A DNA stretch of 64,000 nucleotides from an uncultured Lachnospiraceae bacterium (GCA_910584585.1 CAJUBP010000020.1:881-64880), one strand, 5' to 3'; shown: positions 17,356-27,853, numbered from the stretch's first letter. Program-made: numbers and translations. Notes: generated by a model from the sequence alone, not told the origin.

Positions 17356-18636
17356 ATGGCTAAGACAAAAAACAGTGCAAAAATTATTACGCTTATTCTG
17401 ATGATGCTGTCTTTGAACACCATCTATGTGCTGCCTTATCTGATGTACACTTATTATACGCCTCTGCAGGAAGCAATGCGTCTGGTAGGGCAGGACGCGG
17501 CTTACGGAAAACTGCTGAATGTGTATGGAATCGCGAATGTGATTTTATATCTGCCCGGCGGGTGGATTGCGGATAAATTTGACGCGAAGAAACTTTTGAT
17601 TATCTCTATGATCGGCACAGGCGCTTTGGGACTGTGGGAAGCAACCTGGCCAAGCTATACCATGCTGATGGTGATTCATGTGGCGTGGGCGTTTACCACA
17701 GTGCTTACCTACTGGTCCGCATCCATCAAATGTATCAACCTGATTGCAGGTTCTGATGAGCAGGGCAGTATGTTCGGAACCCTGGAGGCAGGGCGCGGGA
17801 TTGTAGGAATTGTCCTGACATCTTTCTTCGTGGCTATTTTTACAAAGTTTTCCGCAGACAGCGCAAAGGCTATGAGTTATGTGGTGGCTTCCTGCAGTAT
17901 CGTTATGATTCTGGTTGGCGTTGCAATGATTTTCCTGATGCCGAAGACCAGCAGCGACGGTTCCACCAATGAAGGGCTTGTGGACAGTATCAAGGCTATG
18001 CTGTTTGCCTTCAAGCTGCCCATTACATATCTTCTGGCAGGGATGATCTGCGGTGCCTGCGTGGCACAGGCGGGAATTTCTTATCTTGCGCCTTATCTGG
18101 CCAATGTCTGCGGCATGGATCAGAACATGACGGTTATTTTCGCAAATTACAACCGGACAGTCTGCACATTAATCGGCGCCGGCGTTTCCGCGATTGCGGC
18201 AAAGAAAATGGGACGTTCCAGCAAGTTTATGATTTACGCGGGAATCGGTTCTATCGTAAGTTATCTTGCATTGATCCTGGTTCCGGGTTCTGCGGCAACG
18301 ATGTATCCGATTATGATCATTATGATCTTTTCTACCTTATGTTATCCGGTGTTCCGTGCCCTGTATTATGCGGTAATTGATGAGATCGGAACATCCAAGA
18401 ACCAGGTGGGCAGCGTTATCGGTATCGCTTCCCTGATCGGATTTTTGCCGGACACGTTCTATACTTCTGTGTGCGGCGCCCAGATTGAAGCGGATCCGGT
18501 GGGCGGATATCGTTTTGTGTTTATTACCTGTATGGCTGCTATGGCCCTTGGACTGGTGTGCGCAGTGATCAGCGACCGTCTGGTGCTGAAATACAGAAAG
18601 ACGCCGGAATACCAGGCAACCTTGAAGGAGGGTTAA
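17356..18636 (+). CDS. MFS transporter
   Basis: Start moved to ATG 17356 (MAKTKNSAKI) after AGGAGGA. About 12 hydrophobic segments. Confidence 0.7.
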   Translation: MAKTKNSAKIITLILMMLSLNTIYVLPYLMYTYYTPLQEAMRLVGQDAAYGKLLNVYGIANVILYLPGGWIADKFDAKKLLIISMIGTGALGLWEATWPSYTMLMVIHVAWAFTTVLTYWSASIKCINLIAGSDEQGSMFGTLEAGRGIVGIVLTSFFVAIFTKFSADSAKAMSYVVASCSIVMILVGVAMIFLMPKTSSDGSTNEGLVDSIKAMLFAFKLPITYLLAGMICGACVAQAGISYLAPYLANVCGMDQNMTVIFANYNRTVCTLIGAGVSAIAAKKMGRSSKFMIYAGIGSIVSYLALILVPGSAATMYPIMIIMIFSTLCYPVFRALYYAVIDEIGTSKNQVGSVIGIASLIGFLPDTFYTSVCGAQIEADPVGGYRFVFITCMAAMALGLVCAVISDRLVLKYRKTPEYQATLKEG

Positions 18637-18637
18637 T

Positions 18638-19654
18638 ATGTACGAATTTAAAATGCCGGAATGCCAAGTGAATATGGAAATCAATAAGCCGGATCCCTAT
18701 CCCCTGCTGTCGGAAGGAATGAAACGGGTCATTGACTATCAGGCGGAACATTCCAAAGATGCTTTTGACACCAACTGCAGTTGGACGGAGCTTCGGGAAA
18801 AATATATTGAAGAGCGTAAATTCTGGAACGAAGGCGGGCCGGAGCCTTTCAAAGTTGTCAATACGGAAGTGGAAGGCCCCATCGGGCCGGTTCCGGTGCG
18901 GGTGTACTACCCGGATGAGAAGCCGGACAGAAACGCGCTGGTGTTTATCCATGGAGGCGGATTTACAGTTGGAAGTAACGACACCCACGACCGGATGATG
19001 CGTTGCATTATGGAATCCGGCGATTGTGTGGTGATTGGCGTGGACTATCATCTGGCGCCGGAAGCCAAATTCCCCATTCCGCTGTATGAATCTGCGGCAG
19101 TGATCCGTCATTTCCATGAAAATGCCCGGCAGTACAACATTTCTCCGGATAAAATGGCAATTGCCGGTGATTCCGGCGGCGCCAATCTTGCCCTGGCGGC
19201 CAACCTGTATCTGAGAGACGCCTTCGGCGGCAACGATTATATCAGTGCGCTTCTGCTCTATTATGGAAGCTACGGCATGTTTGACGGATATTCCTGGAGA
19301 CTGAACGGAACGGCTTTGGACGGTATGACTAAGGCGGATATGCTGGCCTATGTCAGCTATTATCTGGAAGAGGGGATGGCGGATATGGAAAATCCCTATT
19401 TCTCCACCCTGAACAATGACCTGACCCACGGGGTTCCCGCAACTTATCTCTGCTGCGGGGAATTAGATCCTCTGCTGGGCGATTCTCAGGCCCTCCATGC
19501 CATCTTAAAGAGCCGGGGAGTACATACAAAGCTGGAGACTGTGCCCGGCGTACTCCATGCGTTTATGCATTACGGCCGTATGATGGAAGAGGCGGTTCAC
19601 TGCCTGAAAGAAAGCGGAGAATTCTACGTATCGGTGCGTAAAGGAGAAAATTAA
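18638..19654 (+). CDS. Alpha/beta-hydrolase esterase, hormone-sensitive-lipase/Aes-like
   Basis: HGGGF oxyanion motif, GDSGGAN nucleophile elbow, and a late His in GVLHAF. Its start lies 1 nt after the MFS stop. Confidence 0.75.
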   Translation: MYEFKMPECQVNMEINKPDPYPLLSEGMKRVIDYQAEHSKDAFDTNCSWTELREKYIEERKFWNEGGPEPFKVVNTEVEGPIGPVPVRVYYPDEKPDRNALVFIHGGGFTVGSNDTHDRMMRCIMESGDCVVIGVDYHLAPEAKFPIPLYESAAVIRHFHENARQYNISPDKMAIAGDSGGANLALAANLYLRDAFGGNDYISALLLYYGSYGMFDGYSWRLNGTALDGMTKADMLAYVSYYLEEGMADMENPYFSTLNNDLTHGVPATYLCCGELDPLLGDSQALHAILKSRGVHTKLETVPGVLHAFMHYGRMMEEAVHCLKESGEFYVSVRKGEN

Positions 19655-19697
19655 AAATAGCGTTGAATGATATTCCGACTGTACAGGAGGAATAAAT

Positions 19698-19761
19698 AAA
19701 AAAGCGTCGCTGTACCACCCGGCTGTTTCCTGGCCAAGGTTGGGTGCAGCGACGCTTTTTT
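19698..19761. terminator. Long GC hairpin flanked by A- and T-runs. Either a bidirectional terminator or the IS200 left-end palindrome.
   Basis: AAAAAAGCGTCGCTG...CAGCGACGCTTTTTT. Confidence 0.6.
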
Positions 19762-19764
19762 ATT

Positions 19765-20415
19765 GTCTGTATAATGAGGTTAAAACCCTCGCTTTCAGGC
19801 GAAACTTTTAGGTCAACCCCGTATCTTCAAGTTTAGAATAAGGTAAAAACACAAATACTAAACTTGAGGTGAAGAATATGGATTATTACAGAAAAACGTC
19901 ACATTGTACGTATGACATCAAGTATCATTTAGTATGGATTACGAAATATAGGAAACCTGTAATTACAGGACAAATAGCAGTTCGGACAAGGGAATTGATA
20001 AGACTCGCCTGCCAGAGTAATGAAGTGGAGATTCTGGCAGGGCATGTAGGCGCCGACCATATCCATATGTTGTTGTCTGTCCCACCATACTTGTCGGCGA
20101 GTAAATTAGTTCAGTATATCAAAGGGAACACTTCCAGAAAATTGCAGATGGAGTATAAAGAATTGAATAAACAATTCTGGGGGCAGCATTTGTGGGCAAG
20201 GGGATATTTTGTGGCAAGCAGTGGGAATGTAACGGATGAAGTCATCAAAGAGTACATCCAGAATCAGGACTTACAGGAGAACAGCAAATCAGACAATTTC
20301 GAAATAGGATAAGAGAAGAATGGGAAGAGATAGCCTAGAAAATGTGCAACTTTAGGCTGCTTCAGCAACAAGATAAACCTACCGGCTTTAGCCGGTAGGT
20401 TCAATTATCTAAGGA
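19765..20415 (+). mobile_element. IS200/IS605-family (IS200-type, tnpA only) insertion sequence. Boundaries are approximate.
   Basis: Y1 HUH transposase gene. An upstream hairpin CTTCAAGTTTAG...CTAAACTTGAGG sequesters the SD. A downstream hairpin AACCTACCGGCTTTAGCCGGTAGGTT (20376..20401) is typical of subterminal IS200 structures. Confidence 0.7.
19878..20312 (+). CDS. tnpA: IS200/IS605 family transposase TnpA (Y1 HUH)
   Basis: HUH motif HIHMLLS, catalytic Tyr region ARGYFVASSG, about 144 aa. Start taken at ATG 19878 after GAGGTG. Confidence 0.9.
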   Translation: MDYYRKTSHCTYDIKYHLVWITKYRKPVITGQIAVRTRELIRLACQSNEVEILAGHVGADHIHMLLSVPPYLSASKLVQYIKGNTSRKLQMEYKELNKQFWGQHLWARGYFVASSGNVTDEVIKEYIQNQDLQENSKSDNFEIG

Positions 20416-20423
20416 ACTTATAC

Positions 20424-20632
20424 TTCGATACACAGGAAAGGCAGGATGGCACTTTGCCTAAGCAAACGATTCATGGGCGTCTTTAGTAAAAGCGAAATCC
20501 ACTGCTTACGAAGACTTAGGAAGGAAGGCTTTCCTGACTTTCTTAGTCTACGTTAGCAGTTAGTTCGCCGGAACGTTGCCCAGTTTGTGTGGCAAAGGGC
20601 CATCCTGCCTTTCCGTCCGTGCCCCAATATGA
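20424..20632. repeat. Copy 2 of the ~208-nt long-hairpin (MITE-like) repeat, better preserved
   Basis: GGCAGGATGGCACTTTGCC pairs with GGCAAAGGGCCATCCTGCC. The arms are complementary over ~100 nt with small bulges. It starts about 20 nt after the IS200 right-end hairpin. Confidence 0.8.
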
Positions 20633-20648
20633 TGCTTTGTTATATACG

Positions 20649-21692
20649 CTACAATTCCACATAAGTAGGCGGATCCGGATCCAGAACCACCCGCAGGTTC
20701 ACATCTTCCCCCCGCAGCTGGCTCAGCAGAAGCCTGGCGCTTTCCCTCCCGCCCCGGATGAAGCCCGGACGGCTGGTAAGCACCCGAATATTAGGAATTA
20801 CAGGAATATCCGCGTCTGAGAGCAGGGCAATTTTGAACCTTTTGTCATTTCTCTGGTAAAGGGCGATACAGAGATGCTTGACCATGACGCCCCAGCTGCA
20901 TACCACGGCGTCGCCTTCTTCAAAGGAAGTCAGGTGAGGCATCACGTTCTGCACCAGAGATTGCCGGCACACATCATCAATGAGCGGATAACGGTCATTG
21001 GGAGAGGCATTATCCGGAATACACGGCATTTTACAGACTTCGATCAGAGTTCTGGGATACAGTTCCCTGGCTTTTTCCAGGCCGGTGACGCGGTAAGCCT
21101 CCTGAAAAGTAGGCACGTCCGGCTGCCAGTACAGAATTCTTTTGGCGCCTTCCCCGAACAGGCGGCACGCCACCTCGAAAGCTCCCTTTTCATAGTCGAA
21201 GCTGACGCTGGCCAGGCTTTCTTCGTCGGGGCAGCAGTCACAGGCCACAAAGGGAAGGTTGTATGATTCAATATTCTTGCAGCAGGCTGGGGAGAGGCCG
21301 TCAGAGGAAATATAGATAATGCCGTCTGCCCGCCGCTGCAGTACGCTGTCAAGGTAATAAGGGTTCTTCATATTGTCCCTGGTCTGAAATCCGGTGAGCA
21401 GAAGGCCGTATCCTTCCGTTCCCAGTTCTTCCCGGATTCCCTGAAGAATTCCGCTGAACCGGGTGTGGGTAATGGATTTCTCAAGGGCCACGGTAATGCA
21501 GTGTGTACTGTCGCTGCGCAGGGAACGGGCGTTCTCGTTTGGGATGTAATTCAGGTTCCTTGCGGTTTCGATGACTTTCCTTCTGGTCTTATCTGAAATT
21601 TTCTGGTTGGGGTTCTTATTCAATACATAAGAAACGGTGGTGTGCGAGACGCCTGCCGCCGCAGCGATGTCTTTAATGGTTGTTCTTTGCAT
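20649..21692 (-). CDS. LacI-family transcriptional regulator
   Basis: N-terminal HTH TIKDIAAAAGVSHTTVSYVLN plus a periplasmic-binding-protein-like core. Confidence 0.85.
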   Translation of the reverse strand: MQRTTIKDIAAAAGVSHTTVSYVLNKNPNQKISDKTRRKVIETARNLNYIPNENARSLRSDSTHCITVALEKSITHTRFSGILQGIREELGTEGYGLLLTGFQTRDNMKNPYYLDSVLQRRADGIIYISSDGLSPACCKNIESYNLPFVACDCCPDEESLASVSFDYEKGAFEVACRLFGEGAKRILYWQPDVPTFQEAYRVTGLEKARELYPRTLIEVCKMPCIPDNASPNDRYPLIDDVCRQSLVQNVMPHLTSFEEGDAVVCSWGVMVKHLCIALYQRNDKRFKIALLSDADIPVIPNIRVLTSRPGFIRGGRESARLLLSQLRGEDVNLRVVLDPDPPTYVEL

Positions 21693-21919
21693 GATATGTT
21701 TGTTTCCTTTGTTGCCTTTTCAATAAATTTTTCTTTGATCATATCATCTTTTTTCCATGCTTTCAAGTAAATTTTTGCATAAATCAAAAGAAAGGATATG
21801 GCATTTTCAATTGACAAAAGCAGGGAAATAAAATACAATTTTTTATAGGATTGCGCTGCGGATTTTTAATTTTTTATCCGTGTTTAAAATATAGGAAAAA
21901 ATCACAAGGAGGAAGAAAA

Positions 21920-23305
21920 ATGGTATACAAATGCAGTGTCTGCGGTTATATTTTTGATGAGAAGGTACAGGGCAGATCTTTTTCGGAGTTAAAGGAGTGT
22001 CCCCTTTGCAAACAGCCGGCGGAGAAATTTGAATTGATATACCAGGAAGAGCCTGAGAGGAAGGAACCCGCGAAAGAGACGGATTTGAGTTATCCCAAAG
22101 ACACGAGAAGGACAGACAATAGTTACCGCTATATGAAAGAGATTCACGAGATGGCAGTGACCGGGAAATCGGCAATTGAGGCCATGGGAACCTTAAAGAA
22201 GATGCCGGACTGGGATGATATCTTAGTGCTGGGGGCTCAGTTAAATCCGCCGCCCTTAGAAGAGCATGCGGAGGTGTCTCTTAAGACCGTGATTGGAAAA
22301 CACGCAAAGAAGCCTATGGTATTGGAAATGCCGGTCTATATTTCCCATATGTCTTTCGGCGCTCTGTCCAGAGAAAGCAAAATCGCCCTCTCGAAAGGAA
22401 GCGCCATGGCAAAGACCGCGATGTGCAGCGGAGAAGGAGGAATTCTCCCGGAGGAAAAGGCGGCTGCTTATAAATACATATTCGAATATGTGCCGAACCA
22501 GTACAGTGTCACAGATGAAAATCTGAAATCATCCGACGCCATCGAAATTAAAATCGGCCAGGGAACCAAGCCCGGCATGGGAGGGCATCTGCCCGGAAGC
22601 AAGGTGACGCCGGAAATTGCGGCGATCCGTGAGAAGCCTCTGGGGGAAGATGTGATAAGTCCCTCGAAATTCCCGGGAATTGACACAAAGGAAGATTTAA
22701 AAAATCTGGTGACAGAGCTCCGCGCCCGCAGCGAAGGGCGCCCCATCGGAATTAAAATTGCCGCGGGACGGATTGAGAAGGATCTGGAATACTGTGTGTT
22801 TGCGGAGCCTGATTTTATTACGATAGATGGAAGAGGAGGGGCTACAGGAGCGTCTCCGGCCATTATCCGGGATTCTGCCAGCGTGCCTACGGTTTTTGCC
22901 CTTTCCCGGGCAAGGAAATACTTAGATTCGGTCCATGCGGAGATTGCTCTGGTGATTACCGGAGGTCTTAGAGTTTCTTCCGATTTTGCGAAAGCGATTG
23001 CCATGGGAGCGGACGCAGTGGCGGTGGCTTCCGCGGCGATGGTGGCGGCGGCGTGCCAGCAGTACCGGATCTGCGGAACTGGCATGTGTCCGGTGGGGAT
23101 GGCGACCCAGGACCCGGAATTGAGAAAACGGTTTCAGGAGGACGCTTCTGCCCAAAGAGTGGCAAATTATCTGAACTGTTCGGCAGAGGAACTGCGGACC
23201 TTTGCCCGGATTACCGGACATGAGGATATCCATGAATTAACGGTGGAAGATTTGTGCACGATCAGCAGAGAAATTTCGGAGAATACAGATATTCCTCATG
23301 CGTAA
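21920..23305 (+). CDS. Rubredoxin-like zinc-ribbon fused to a glutamate-synthase-related FMN oxidoreductase (GltS FMN domain family)
   Basis: Start moved to ATG 21920 (MVYKCSVCGYIF...CPLC) after AAGGAGGA. The core has GEGG, KIGQGTKPGMGGHLPG and DGRGGATGASP motifs of the GltB domain-2 family. Confidence 0.75.
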   Translation: MVYKCSVCGYIFDEKVQGRSFSELKECPLCKQPAEKFELIYQEEPERKEPAKETDLSYPKDTRRTDNSYRYMKEIHEMAVTGKSAIEAMGTLKKMPDWDDILVLGAQLNPPPLEEHAEVSLKTVIGKHAKKPMVLEMPVYISHMSFGALSRESKIALSKGSAMAKTAMCSGEGGILPEEKAAAYKYIFEYVPNQYSVTDENLKSSDAIEIKIGQGTKPGMGGHLPGSKVTPEIAAIREKPLGEDVISPSKFPGIDTKEDLKNLVTELRARSEGRPIGIKIAAGRIEKDLEYCVFAEPDFITIDGRGGATGASPAIIRDSASVPTVFALSRARKYLDSVHAEIALVITGGLRVSSDFAKAIAMGADAVAVASAAMVAAACQQYRICGTGMCPVGMATQDPELRKRFQEDASAQRVANYLNCSAEELRTFARITGHEDIHELTVEDLCTISREISENTDIPHA

Positions 23306-23329
23306 ATAAGGATAACGAGGAGAAACAGT

Positions 23330-26300
23330 ATGTATCATTGTCATGTACAATTTTATTTCCTGGGCCGGGCATGCAGCGTATTTGATAAGATAAAAGAAAT
23401 GCCGCCGCTGGAGCATTTTACCCATGAATATGCAGAGAGCGAGAGCCTGGAAGAGCCGCTGGCGGTGAAAGCGGATGTGATTCTGGCAGATTTGGGGACG
23501 TTGGAGGCAGAAACGATCCGGCTGCTGATTTCGGTGAAACGATCCGAGGCCCAGTTAATTCTGCTGGCCGAAAAGGGGCAGGCGGATCGCCTGAAGGGGG
23601 AACTGGCGGCGGTGAAAGATATCTGGATTTGCCCCATGTCGGAGGAAGAAACAAAATTCCGTTTTCTCAGATGGCAGCAGTCCTATCAAAGAGACAAAGA
23701 TTTCTGGCAGACCAGCCATTATTTTGAAACTGTCATCAATGGCGTGCCGAACCTTATCTGGTTTAAGGATAAAAACGGAATTCATGAGAAAGTGAATGAC
23801 AGCTTCTGCAAAGCCGTGAATAAGAGCAGACAGCAGGTGGAAGGCCGCGGACATGCTTACATCTGGGATGTGGAGCATGACGATCCCGCCTGCATTGAAT
23901 CAGAAGCGGAGGTTATGCGAAAGAAGCAGACCTGCGTTTCAGAAGAAGTGATTCAGACGGGAGCAGGTGCCCGGATTCTGACCACTTATAAATCCCCTCT
24001 CTATAATGTGGACGGCAGCGTGATGGGAACGGTGGGAGTAGCTATTGACATCACCCAGGAGCGGGCCTATGAGCGGGAGATTATTCAGAAAAATGAAACT
24101 TTGGAAAAAATCTTTACCACCATAGACTGCGGCGTGATACGCCATTCCATAGACGGCACGCAGGTTTTCAGCATTAATCGGGCGGCTCTTGAGATTCTGG
24201 GATATCAGTCGGAGGAAGCGTTTCTGGCGGATGGATTTGACATGGTTGCCGGATCTGTTCTGGAAGAAGACAAAGCGAAGCTCCGCAATTGCATCCGTTC
24301 TCTGGAAAAAGTGGGAGACAGCGTCAGCACAGAGTACCGGGTGCGGCATGAGGACGGGAAAATGCTGCACGTAATGGGGACAGTCAAGCTGTTAGAAGAG
24401 AAAGGGGAGAGGTTTTATCAGCGGTTCCTGTTAGACTGTACGGCTCAGAAACTGGAAGAAAAAGAAAATGAAAAGCGCCATACAGAATTGATTCAGGCAT
24501 TGGGCATTGATTACAGTATCGTCTGCTTTCTGGATCTGGATACGGAGACTGTGATCCTTTTGCGCAATAACGGAGAAGAGGGCAGCGCGTTTGTGCCCGG
24601 CGCGGACGGAACGATTTCGTTCCGGGAGGGTATGGAACGTTACATACAGGAGTCTGTGTATGAAGAAGACAGAGAGGCGCTTCGGCAGTTCGCGGCAAGT
24701 GAGAGCCTGAAAAAAGAGATGGCGGACAGGATTGTGAGCCATAGGAATTACCGGGCATTAAAAGAAGGCGCCATCCGTTATTTTCAACTGAAGGTGGTCC
24801 GTATCGGAGAGTGGAGCGGGCAGCGGGGTCTGGTGCTTGGGTTCCGCAGCGTGGATGAAGAAACCCGCAGAGAAATGGAGAAGAAGAGCCTGCTGGAAGA
24901 CGCGCTGACGCAGGCCAACCGGGCGAATAAGGCCAAGAGCACGTTTCTGTCCAATATGTCACATGATATCCGCACGCCTATGAACGCGATTGTGGGCTTT
25001 ACAACCCTTGCCCTTGCCCATTTGGGCGACGGGGAGCAGGTGGAGGAATATCTGAAAAAGATCAAGACTTCCGGGAATCATCTGCTGAGCCTGATTAATG
25101 ATGTGCTGGACATGAGCCGGATTGAGAGCGGCAAGATGCATCTGGATGAAAATCCCTGCAGCCTGCCGGACATTCTTCACGGGCTGAGAAATATTCTGCT
25201 GGCTGATATTCACGCAAAACAGTTGGAATTGTATATTGACGCTGTGGACGTGCTGGACGAAGAAGTTTACTGCGACAAACTGCGGTTGAATCAGGTGCTT
25301 TTGAATCTTTTGAGCAACGCGGTCAAATACACCGGATCAGGCGGCGTTGTCAGCATGCGGGTGACAGAGAAGCCCGGAGCGCCCCAGGGATACGCCAATT
25401 ATGAGTTCAATATCAAGGATACGGGAATCGGCATGAGCCGGGAATTTGTATCCCATATTTTTGAACCCTTTGAGCGGGAGCAGTGCAGCACCACCAGCGG
25501 AATTCAGGGCACCGGCCTTGGAATGGCCATTACCAAGAATATCGTGGATATGATGAACGGATCCATTGAGGTGAAGAGTGAGCAGGGCACAGGTACGGAA
25601 GTAATTCTCTGCTTTACGTTCCGTCTCCATGAGGACGGGAAGGAACCTGAGGATATTCCGGAATTGAAAAACTGCAGAGCCCTTGTGGTAGATGATGATT
25701 TTAACACCTGCGACAGCGTAACCTATATGCTGAGCCAGATTGGAATGCGGGCGGAGTGGACGCTGTCAGGCAAAGAAGCGCTGCTGCGCACCCATCAGGC
25801 GGTGACGCGGGATGATATGTACACCGTCTATATGATTGACTGGATGCTGCCGGACATGAACGGCATTGAGGTTACCAGAAGAATCCGCAAGGAAATGGGA
25901 GAACATGTGCCGATTATTCTTCTGACGGCTTATGACTGGCTGGAAATTGAGGATGAGGCCAAAGAAGCGGGAATTACGGCGTTTTGCAGCAAGCCGCTGT
26001 TTCTGTCTGAACTGCGGAATTGTCTGCATTCCATTGTGGATACGGAGGAAAACGGCGGGCAGCAGGGAAGGGATGGGACGGACAAACGTTATACCGGACG
26101 CATTCTGTTAGCAGAAGACAATGAGCTGAATCAGGAAATCGCCCAGGTAATTCTGGGAGACGCGGGATTTACCATAGATGTTGCCGGAAACGGACAGATT
26201 GCGGTAGATATGCTCAAATGCTCGGAACCCGGCTATTACCAGGCGGTACTGATGGATGTCCGCATGCCGGTGATGAACGGATATGAAGCCACCAGGGCGA

Positions 26301-26470
26301 TCCGTCAGCTGGAGAATCAGGAACTGGCAAAAATCCCCATTTTGGCCATGACGGCCAATGCGTTTGAAGAAGATAAGAGAGAGGCCTTGCAGGCCGGAAT
26401 GAACGGGCACCTGGCGAAACCTATAGATGTGGAAGCCTTGTTCCAGGCGTTGGAGCAGGTGATGTTGTAA
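23330..26470 (+). CDS. Hybrid sensor histidine kinase/response regulator with PAS domains and two C-terminal receiver domains
   Basis: 1046 aa. H-box FLSNMSHDIRTPMN, N/G boxes LLSNAVKYT and GTGLGMAI, then two REC domains (VVDDD..., LLAEDNELN...DVRMPVMNG). Confidence 0.85.
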   Translation: MYHCHVQFYFLGRACSVFDKIKEMPPLEHFTHEYAESESLEEPLAVKADVILADLGTLEAETIRLLISVKRSEAQLILLAEKGQADRLKGELAAVKDIWICPMSEEETKFRFLRWQQSYQRDKDFWQTSHYFETVINGVPNLIWFKDKNGIHEKVNDSFCKAVNKSRQQVEGRGHAYIWDVEHDDPACIESEAEVMRKKQTCVSEEVIQTGAGARILTTYKSPLYNVDGSVMGTVGVAIDITQERAYEREIIQKNETLEKIFTTIDCGVIRHSIDGTQVFSINRAALEILGYQSEEAFLADGFDMVAGSVLEEDKAKLRNCIRSLEKVGDSVSTEYRVRHEDGKMLHVMGTVKLLEEKGERFYQRFLLDCTAQKLEEKENEKRHTELIQALGIDYSIVCFLDLDTETVILLRNNGEEGSAFVPGADGTISFREGMERYIQESVYEEDREALRQFAASESLKKEMADRIVSHRNYRALKEGAIRYFQLKVVRIGEWSGQRGLVLGFRSVDEETRREMEKKSLLEDALTQANRANKAKSTFLSNMSHDIRTPMNAIVGFTTLALAHLGDGEQVEEYLKKIKTSGNHLLSLINDVLDMSRIESGKMHLDENPCSLPDILHGLRNILLADIHAKQLELYIDAVDVLDEEVYCDKLRLNQVLLNLLSNAVKYTGSGGVVSMRVTEKPGAPQGYANYEFNIKDTGIGMSREFVSHIFEPFEREQCSTTSGIQGTGLGMAITKNIVDMMNGSIEVKSEQGTGTEVILCFTFRLHEDGKEPEDIPELKNCRALVVDDDFNTCDSVTYMLSQIGMRAEWTLSGKEALLRTHQAVTRDDMYTVYMIDWMLPDMNGIEVTRRIRKEMGEHVPIILLTAYDWLEIEDEAKEAGITAFCSKPLFLSELRNCLHSIVDTEENGGQQGRDGTDKRYTGRILLAEDNELNQEIAQVILGDAGFTIDVAGNGQIAVDMLKCSEPGYYQAVLMDVRMPVMNGYEATRAIRQLENQELAKIPILAMTANAFEEDKREALQAGMNGHLAKPIDVEALFQALEQVML

Positions 26471-26593
26471 ACTGCTGGGGTATTTTGCTTACAATCAGGA
26501 TAAACGTACAGCCTTTATTCCAAATGAAGAAATCCGAAGCGAACTGGAGGAGGCTTTGGAGGAATCAAAGTGGAATGAATTTTCAAACACGCG

Positions 26594-27853
26594 CTAAGAA
26601 AGGGGCAGCCGCACCGTAAAGGCGCTGCCCCCTTCTTTGGTATCGGAGACAGAAATACCGCCTCCGTGGGCATGGCAGATTTCCCTGGCGATGGAAAGCC
26701 CCAGGCCGAAATGTTCTTTGCTGCTTCTGGAGGCGTTCACCTGATAGAAACGGTCAAAAATCTTATCTTTTTCGGCGTCCGGAATGCCTGTTCCGGTATC
26801 CGCCACCTGGATGCAGCATTGGCTGCGGGAGCAAAACAGGCGCAGAGAAACTTGTCCTCCTGCAGGCGTATAGGACAGGGCGTTGTCCAGAAGGATAATG
26901 ATAAGCTGGCGGATGCGCTGGGGGTCGCCTGAACAGCAGCAGTCCTCTTCTTTGGAAAGAGTCAGGGCAATCTGCCTGTTTCTGGCTGTTTCTTTATAGT
27001 TTTGATAGATTTCGTCCAGTAAATCGCCGGGCCGGACAGACTGAAACGGATCCTTCCGGGAGGGCTGTCCGGCTTTCGTTAGGGACAATAGATCCTGAAT
27101 CAGCCGTTCCATCCGGGACATTTCATTGTCCATCAGGGTAAAGATCCGTTCTGACTTTTCGGAATCCGGTTTGTTTTTCAGCACAGATAAACCTGTCTTA
27201 AAGACAGACAGGGGAGAGCGGAGTTCATGGGAGGCCACCGCAATAAAATGCTTTTGATTTTCCTCATTTTCAATGACAGGCTTTAAGACATGGGCGGTAA
27301 ATGCCTGGGAAAATCCGTACAGGATCAGCAAAGAAACCAGCCAGAGGGCGAAAAACCGCAGACGCAGCAGGTTTCGGGCAGAGTAAAAATGTTCCAGGCT
27401 GTAGAAGTAGAAGGAATGGATCTCTGTTTCTTTTTCTGAAAAGGTTTCTTCTGCCGCAAGAAACTTCTGTCCGTTGACAGTAAACTGCAGATAAGTTTGT
27501 CCGTTTTTGCCTTGAACGGGCCGCTTTTTGCTGCCTTTCTTAAAACTTTGGATAAGAGCCAGTTCCTTGCCAGACAGTGTGACGGAAGAAAGAGCGGAAG
27601 GGACCTGATTTACTTCCAGATAGAGAAGGCCGTCCGGTTCGCGGGCAGTCCTTCGGTACCATGTAAGGCTAATGGATTCCGCAGTTTTTAAATGATAAGA
27701 AATCGTATTGACTTTCAGGAGAAAAAGAGCTTCTTCCTGCCCGTACATATTTTTTTCCGAGATATTCAGGCAGCAGCAAAGAACTGCCAGTACGATCACT
27801 GCAGTGGAAAAGCAGCATAAGAGGGAGAGTTTGAACCGAAGTTTCCGATACAT
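26594..27853 (-). CDS. Sensor histidine kinase, partner of the OmpR-type regulator
   Basis: H-box FIAVASHELRSPLS and an HATPase region DTGTGIP...GLGLSIA. Start taken at MYRKLRFKL (ATG 27853). An upstream in-frame start at 27946 would add the NDENIT repeat. Confidence 0.75.
   Translation of the reverse strand: MYRKLRFKLSLLCCFSTAVIVLAVLCCCLNISEKNMYGQEEALFLLKVNTISYHLKTAESISLTWYRRTAREPDGLLYLEVNQVPSALSSVTLSGKELALIQSFKKGSKKRPVQGKNGQTYLQFTVNGQKFLAAEETFSEKETEIHSFYFYSLEHFYSARNLLRLRFFALWLVSLLILYGFSQAFTAHVLKPVIENEENQKHFIAVASHELRSPLSVFKTGLSVLKNKPDSEKSERIFTLMDNEMSRMERLIQDLLSLTKAGQPSRKDPFQSVRPGDLLDEIYQNYKETARNRQIALTLSKEEDCCCSGDPQRIRQLIIILLDNALSYTPAGGQVSLRLFCSRSQCCIQVADTGTGIPDAEKDKIFDRFYQVNASRSSKEHFGLGLSIAREICHAHGGGISVSDTKEGGSAFTVRLPLS

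Noticed and set aside
18569-19429. 286-aa minus-strand ORF antisense to the esterase gene. The same applies to other long antisense ORFs (8570..9058, 12552..13052, 40476..41222, 45593..46372, 49940..50713, 54190..54900, 55478..56239, 24384..24962).
   Set aside because: Each lies fully inside a well-supported gene on the opposite strand. They have low-complexity or Arg/His/Pro-rich translations and no RBS, so they are shadow ORFs.
26471-26593. Short open stretch reading ...IPNEEIRSELEEALEESKWNEFSNTR-stop after the hybrid kinase, considered as a small gene or gene remnant.
   Set aside because: It has no start codon or RBS in frame and is too short to evaluate.
26597-26640. GC-rich hairpin AAGAAAGGGGCAGC...GCTGCCCCCTTCTTT, considered as a bidirectional terminator between convergent kinase genes.
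   Set aside because: It lies inside the 3' coding region of the 26594..27853 kinase gene, so it cannot be separated from coding constraint. Not listed as a feature.
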